NCBI RefSeq assembly: GCF_964355755.1
Contig: NC_092670.1
Span: 38,986,388 to 39,050,387 of the forward strand
Source: Antedon mediterranea
Lineage: Eukaryota > Animalia > Echinodermata
DNA: 64,000 nt
Direction of reading: 5' to 3'
This document shows positions 61,501 through 64,000 of this stretch, in pieces. Position 1 is the stretch's first letter. Every line of letters begins with the position of its first letter. The notes beneath the pieces were generated by a model. The model was not told the origin of the DNA. It saw only the letters and a list, made by a program, of their open reading frames with translations, and made no database searches. The position numbers were made by a program, and so were the translations under genes.

Positions 61501-63310
61501 TAACTGGATCGGTTGTGTCTGGAAAAGCTGTAGATAAAAAAAAATACTGATTTTTCTTCTTCTTGAGTAGTATTTAATTTTTAACTAAGTACTGTAAAAA
61601 AATCTGTCTTTACATAATTATACAGTACCCCATTCTAAAATCCACACAATAATTTGATTTAAATTATTTCTAAAATCATTAGAAAAATACATACAAAGTG
61701 GTAACATTAACTAGTGACCTTACAGAGAAATCATTTATAGAAGATTTAAAGCAGATCTAAAACAACCCGCTTATCATCTGTGGATGATGCCGTGTCATTC
61801 GCTATATCTAATTATAATATTAATCTATAATAAATCTAAAAATCTAATCTAAAAATAAACTACAAATCTTATCTAATATCAAAATATAAAGTAAATTAAT
61901 TATTTTGATCATATTAATAACTTATAATTAAATTTAATTAGGCAACTCATATAAATACAGTTTGTCCTTCCTGTCGTCCTTGTCGTGTTTGTATCGTCGT
62001 ACATGTCCGTCCCTGTCTGTCAGTAGCGTACCTTTACCTTATGCTTATTATTATTATTTTTAACTTTTTTATTCTTTCTGGTGGATCCAGGCTTAAAGCC
62101 CCTTGGGGTTTAAATGGTATTCTCCAGGCATAATGCAACTATTATTTACTTAATTTCCAATCACTTGTATCTTTTATATTTTGTATATGTTTGCATTATG
62201 TGAATAAATTTGAACTTGAACTTGAACTTGATATTTTGGATTACTCATTGTCTAAAACTCACTATTGTATAAGGCTCTGTCTACACTATCAAAACAGTGA
62301 CAAAAAAGGGAGATGTACTTAAATACTGTATGGTAGTAATATGCCCAAATATGGTAGTGATATGACATTATCATGTCCATATATGGGCACATCACAGTTT
62401 GATAGTGTCGACAGAGCTTAACTGGAGTAAACAAATGCTTACCTTCAGCAGTTATGACAAAGATGCAGTTAGACTCAACATCTGTTGTGGAGGAAGTAAA
62501 CACACAAATGACTTGAGTTTCAGATGGCACCGCAAGCTCATCACCCGGCTGAACGTTGCAGACTGGAACCACGGCCTGTCCGTTGTCAGTCGCTGTTGGA
62601 TTGTCAAACACGGCATTCACAGTGGTTTCACCCTCGACAGTAAACGATTCTGGACATGTTTCAACCAAGGGCGCACCAGAACCTAAAATAAGTGAATAAG
62701 ATTCGAATAATAATCACACTTGTTTAATTTGTAATATAAAAATACATTGTTGGTTTTCAACTCTCTCAGTTATATTCATGTAAACCAACCCATCATGTCC
62801 AGAACCACATTATTATAAATTAAGATTTTTAAATATATGTTCTTTTTCCTGCTTGTACTCTCTACATATAATTATATTAACAATGCAATGTGCAATGTGT
62901 GTTATGGTAATAGTTCTTTAGTAATTATATGAATTGTAATTTCATCTACAATCTTATTTATTTTATAAATATAATGATTGCAATAAAGATTTTTTGAGGT
63001 TTTTTCATATTTTTGAGATCTTGTCATGAATATGAGTACACTAAGGATATTATTTTAACACTATAAAACAAAATATTACCGCTAATTTCAATTGAAAAAA
63101 CACAGTCTTGCTCGTTGCCATACTGATCAAAGGCCATGTACATGACGCTAGTTATGCCGGTTGCGAACGCTGTTCCAGAGTTGTAATCTGACGTTAGCGT
63201 CACCAATACGGTATTATCCGTAGCCAATGGTGGCTGCCAGAAAGCTAGGTTGGTGTCAGTGATCACTTGATTATCAGGGCAGCCATCTGGAAATACTGGT
63301 GGTTCCTCAT
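52537..63310 (-). CDS. Hyalin-like HYR/SEA/EGF type I membrane protein; 5' end lies beyond the window
   Basis: HYR exons 63310-63080, 62682-62443, 61527-61021 (two domains), 60490-60236, 59851-59600, 59168-58920, 58554-58306 and 57874-57614 (D..PP...CP...V.W..P.A.DN...F..G.T.V.Y.A.D..GN...C.F). SEA-like 57208-57114 plus 56741-56531. EGF 55930-55817 and 55399-55274. SEA 54819-54692 plus 54415-54196. EGF 53646-53571. TM and tail 53057-52673. Probable last exon 52563-52537 (DPRYSPRM*). Confidence 0.88.
53720..53859. mobile_element. MITE family C copy
   Basis: Both TIRs present, flanked by taa/taa. Confidence 0.85.
54940..55203 (-). mobile_element. tRNA-derived SINE with Deu/Nin-type domain
   Basis: Minus strand: tggctgagtggttaagg (A box), gggttcgaggcc (B box), then gtcttctcagataaagactataaaccataggtcc...gagtagg. 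Confidence 0.7.
55979..56113. mobile_element. MITE family C copy
   Basis: Both TIRs present, flanked by taa/tta. Confidence 0.85.
57933..58252. mobile_element. TTAA-flanked MITE (Kolobok-like)
   Basis: ttaa|agatatattgt ... acaatacatct|ttaa. An inverted related copy starts at about 5388 (ttaaagatgtattgtc) in kelch intron 1. Confidence 0.6.
58708..58891. mobile_element. pogo/Tc1-like MITE
   Basis: cagtcaactctctaaataccgg / ccggtattgggagagttgact inverted ends. Confidence 0.6.
62273..62418. mobile_element. MITE family C copy
   Basis: ggctctgtctacactatcaaa / tttgatagtgtcgacagagct. Confidence 0.8.
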
Positions 63311-64000
63311 CTAAAAGCAAATATCAAAATGGTATGAGGTCACAGATGGGAATAAAGAATTACTTCAGTTACATTTACATTTAAATATTTATTTATTTAA
63401 TCACACTCTTGTTTAAATTACAAGACCAGCTAATTCTCGCTTATGATGAGTGAACAAATATATAGAATAACAATTAAAATAGACATCAAACATCAAATTA
63501 ATTAACAACTTTAAACAGATTCTACACCAAACCTCAACATTTTTTTTTCTTTTCCCCCTGAGTAGAAGGAAAAAAGAAAACAAATTGAAATGAAAAAGAA
63601 ACTGAAAATTGTATGAAACCCAATCCTGATTTATATAATGAAATAGTAAATTCTGCTGCAGTTACTGCAGTAACTACAGTTATGCAATTATTTAGCAATA
63701 TTTTGTTGGGGTAACCATATACTTAGTTGATTGCAGTGTTGACGGCCTTATAAAATTCTAAATTGAGAAAAAATGTAATATAGTTATTTAAATTTACCTA
63801 ATTAATGTGCATATATCTCCAATGTTTAAAAAATTGTTAACAAGTTTTCTTTTCCCTGAGGAATATAATTTGATGTTTCATTTGTCCCTGTGTACTGCTT
63901 TAATTAATATACAATTAAAGCTTTGGTCTTTTTTTGTTTGTTTTTGGAATAGCGCTTTATAAATCTGTATAGTATAGTATAATGTAACAGTAAAAGGTAG

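Noticed and set aside
58320-62686. Plus-strand ORFs over the HYR exons
   Set aside because: Antisense shadows of real minus-strand coding exons.
1-64000. Prokaryotic-type defence or mobile system, or horizontally acquired operon
   Set aside because: All coding sequence is spliced and animal-like. No intronless bacterial-type ORFs, intact transposase, integrase or reverse transcriptase were seen.

Overview
AT-rich, intron-rich animal genomic DNA. It is most consistent with an invertebrate deuterostome such as an echinoderm, an inference from the HYR-domain protein and the Deu/Nin-type and CORE SINEs. It is not prokaryotic, and there is no CRISPR array or rRNA. Spliced genes reconstructed by hand from GT-AG junctions: the last exon of an adhesion-type GPCR (+, 205-438), a BTB-BACK-6xKelch protein (+, 4822-12801), RNF217-like RBR E3 ligase (-, 19244-26433), RCC1L/WBSCR16 (+, 27591-34644), a divergent anion-type Cys-loop ligand-gated channel subunit (-, 36282-43208), LDAH (+, 45475-47685), and the 3' part of a large HYR/SEA/EGF single-pass membrane protein (-, 52537 to beyond the window end). 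Introns and intergenic DNA hold about 30 copies of one TWA-target MITE family plus other MITEs, SINEs, a Rex1-like LINE tail and minisatellites. The most notable observations are: the orphan Cys-loop channel with non-canonical agonist loops and an RFX X-box-like site upstream; a cleanly bounded non-autonomous Zator-like transposon; a candidate unannotated antisense transcription unit or decayed gene overlapping RNF217; TAGGCCTA clusters that track gene 5' ends; and a 1.75-kb foldback-like hairpin array. I found no clearly novel multi-gene system. All calls are by eye, without database searches.
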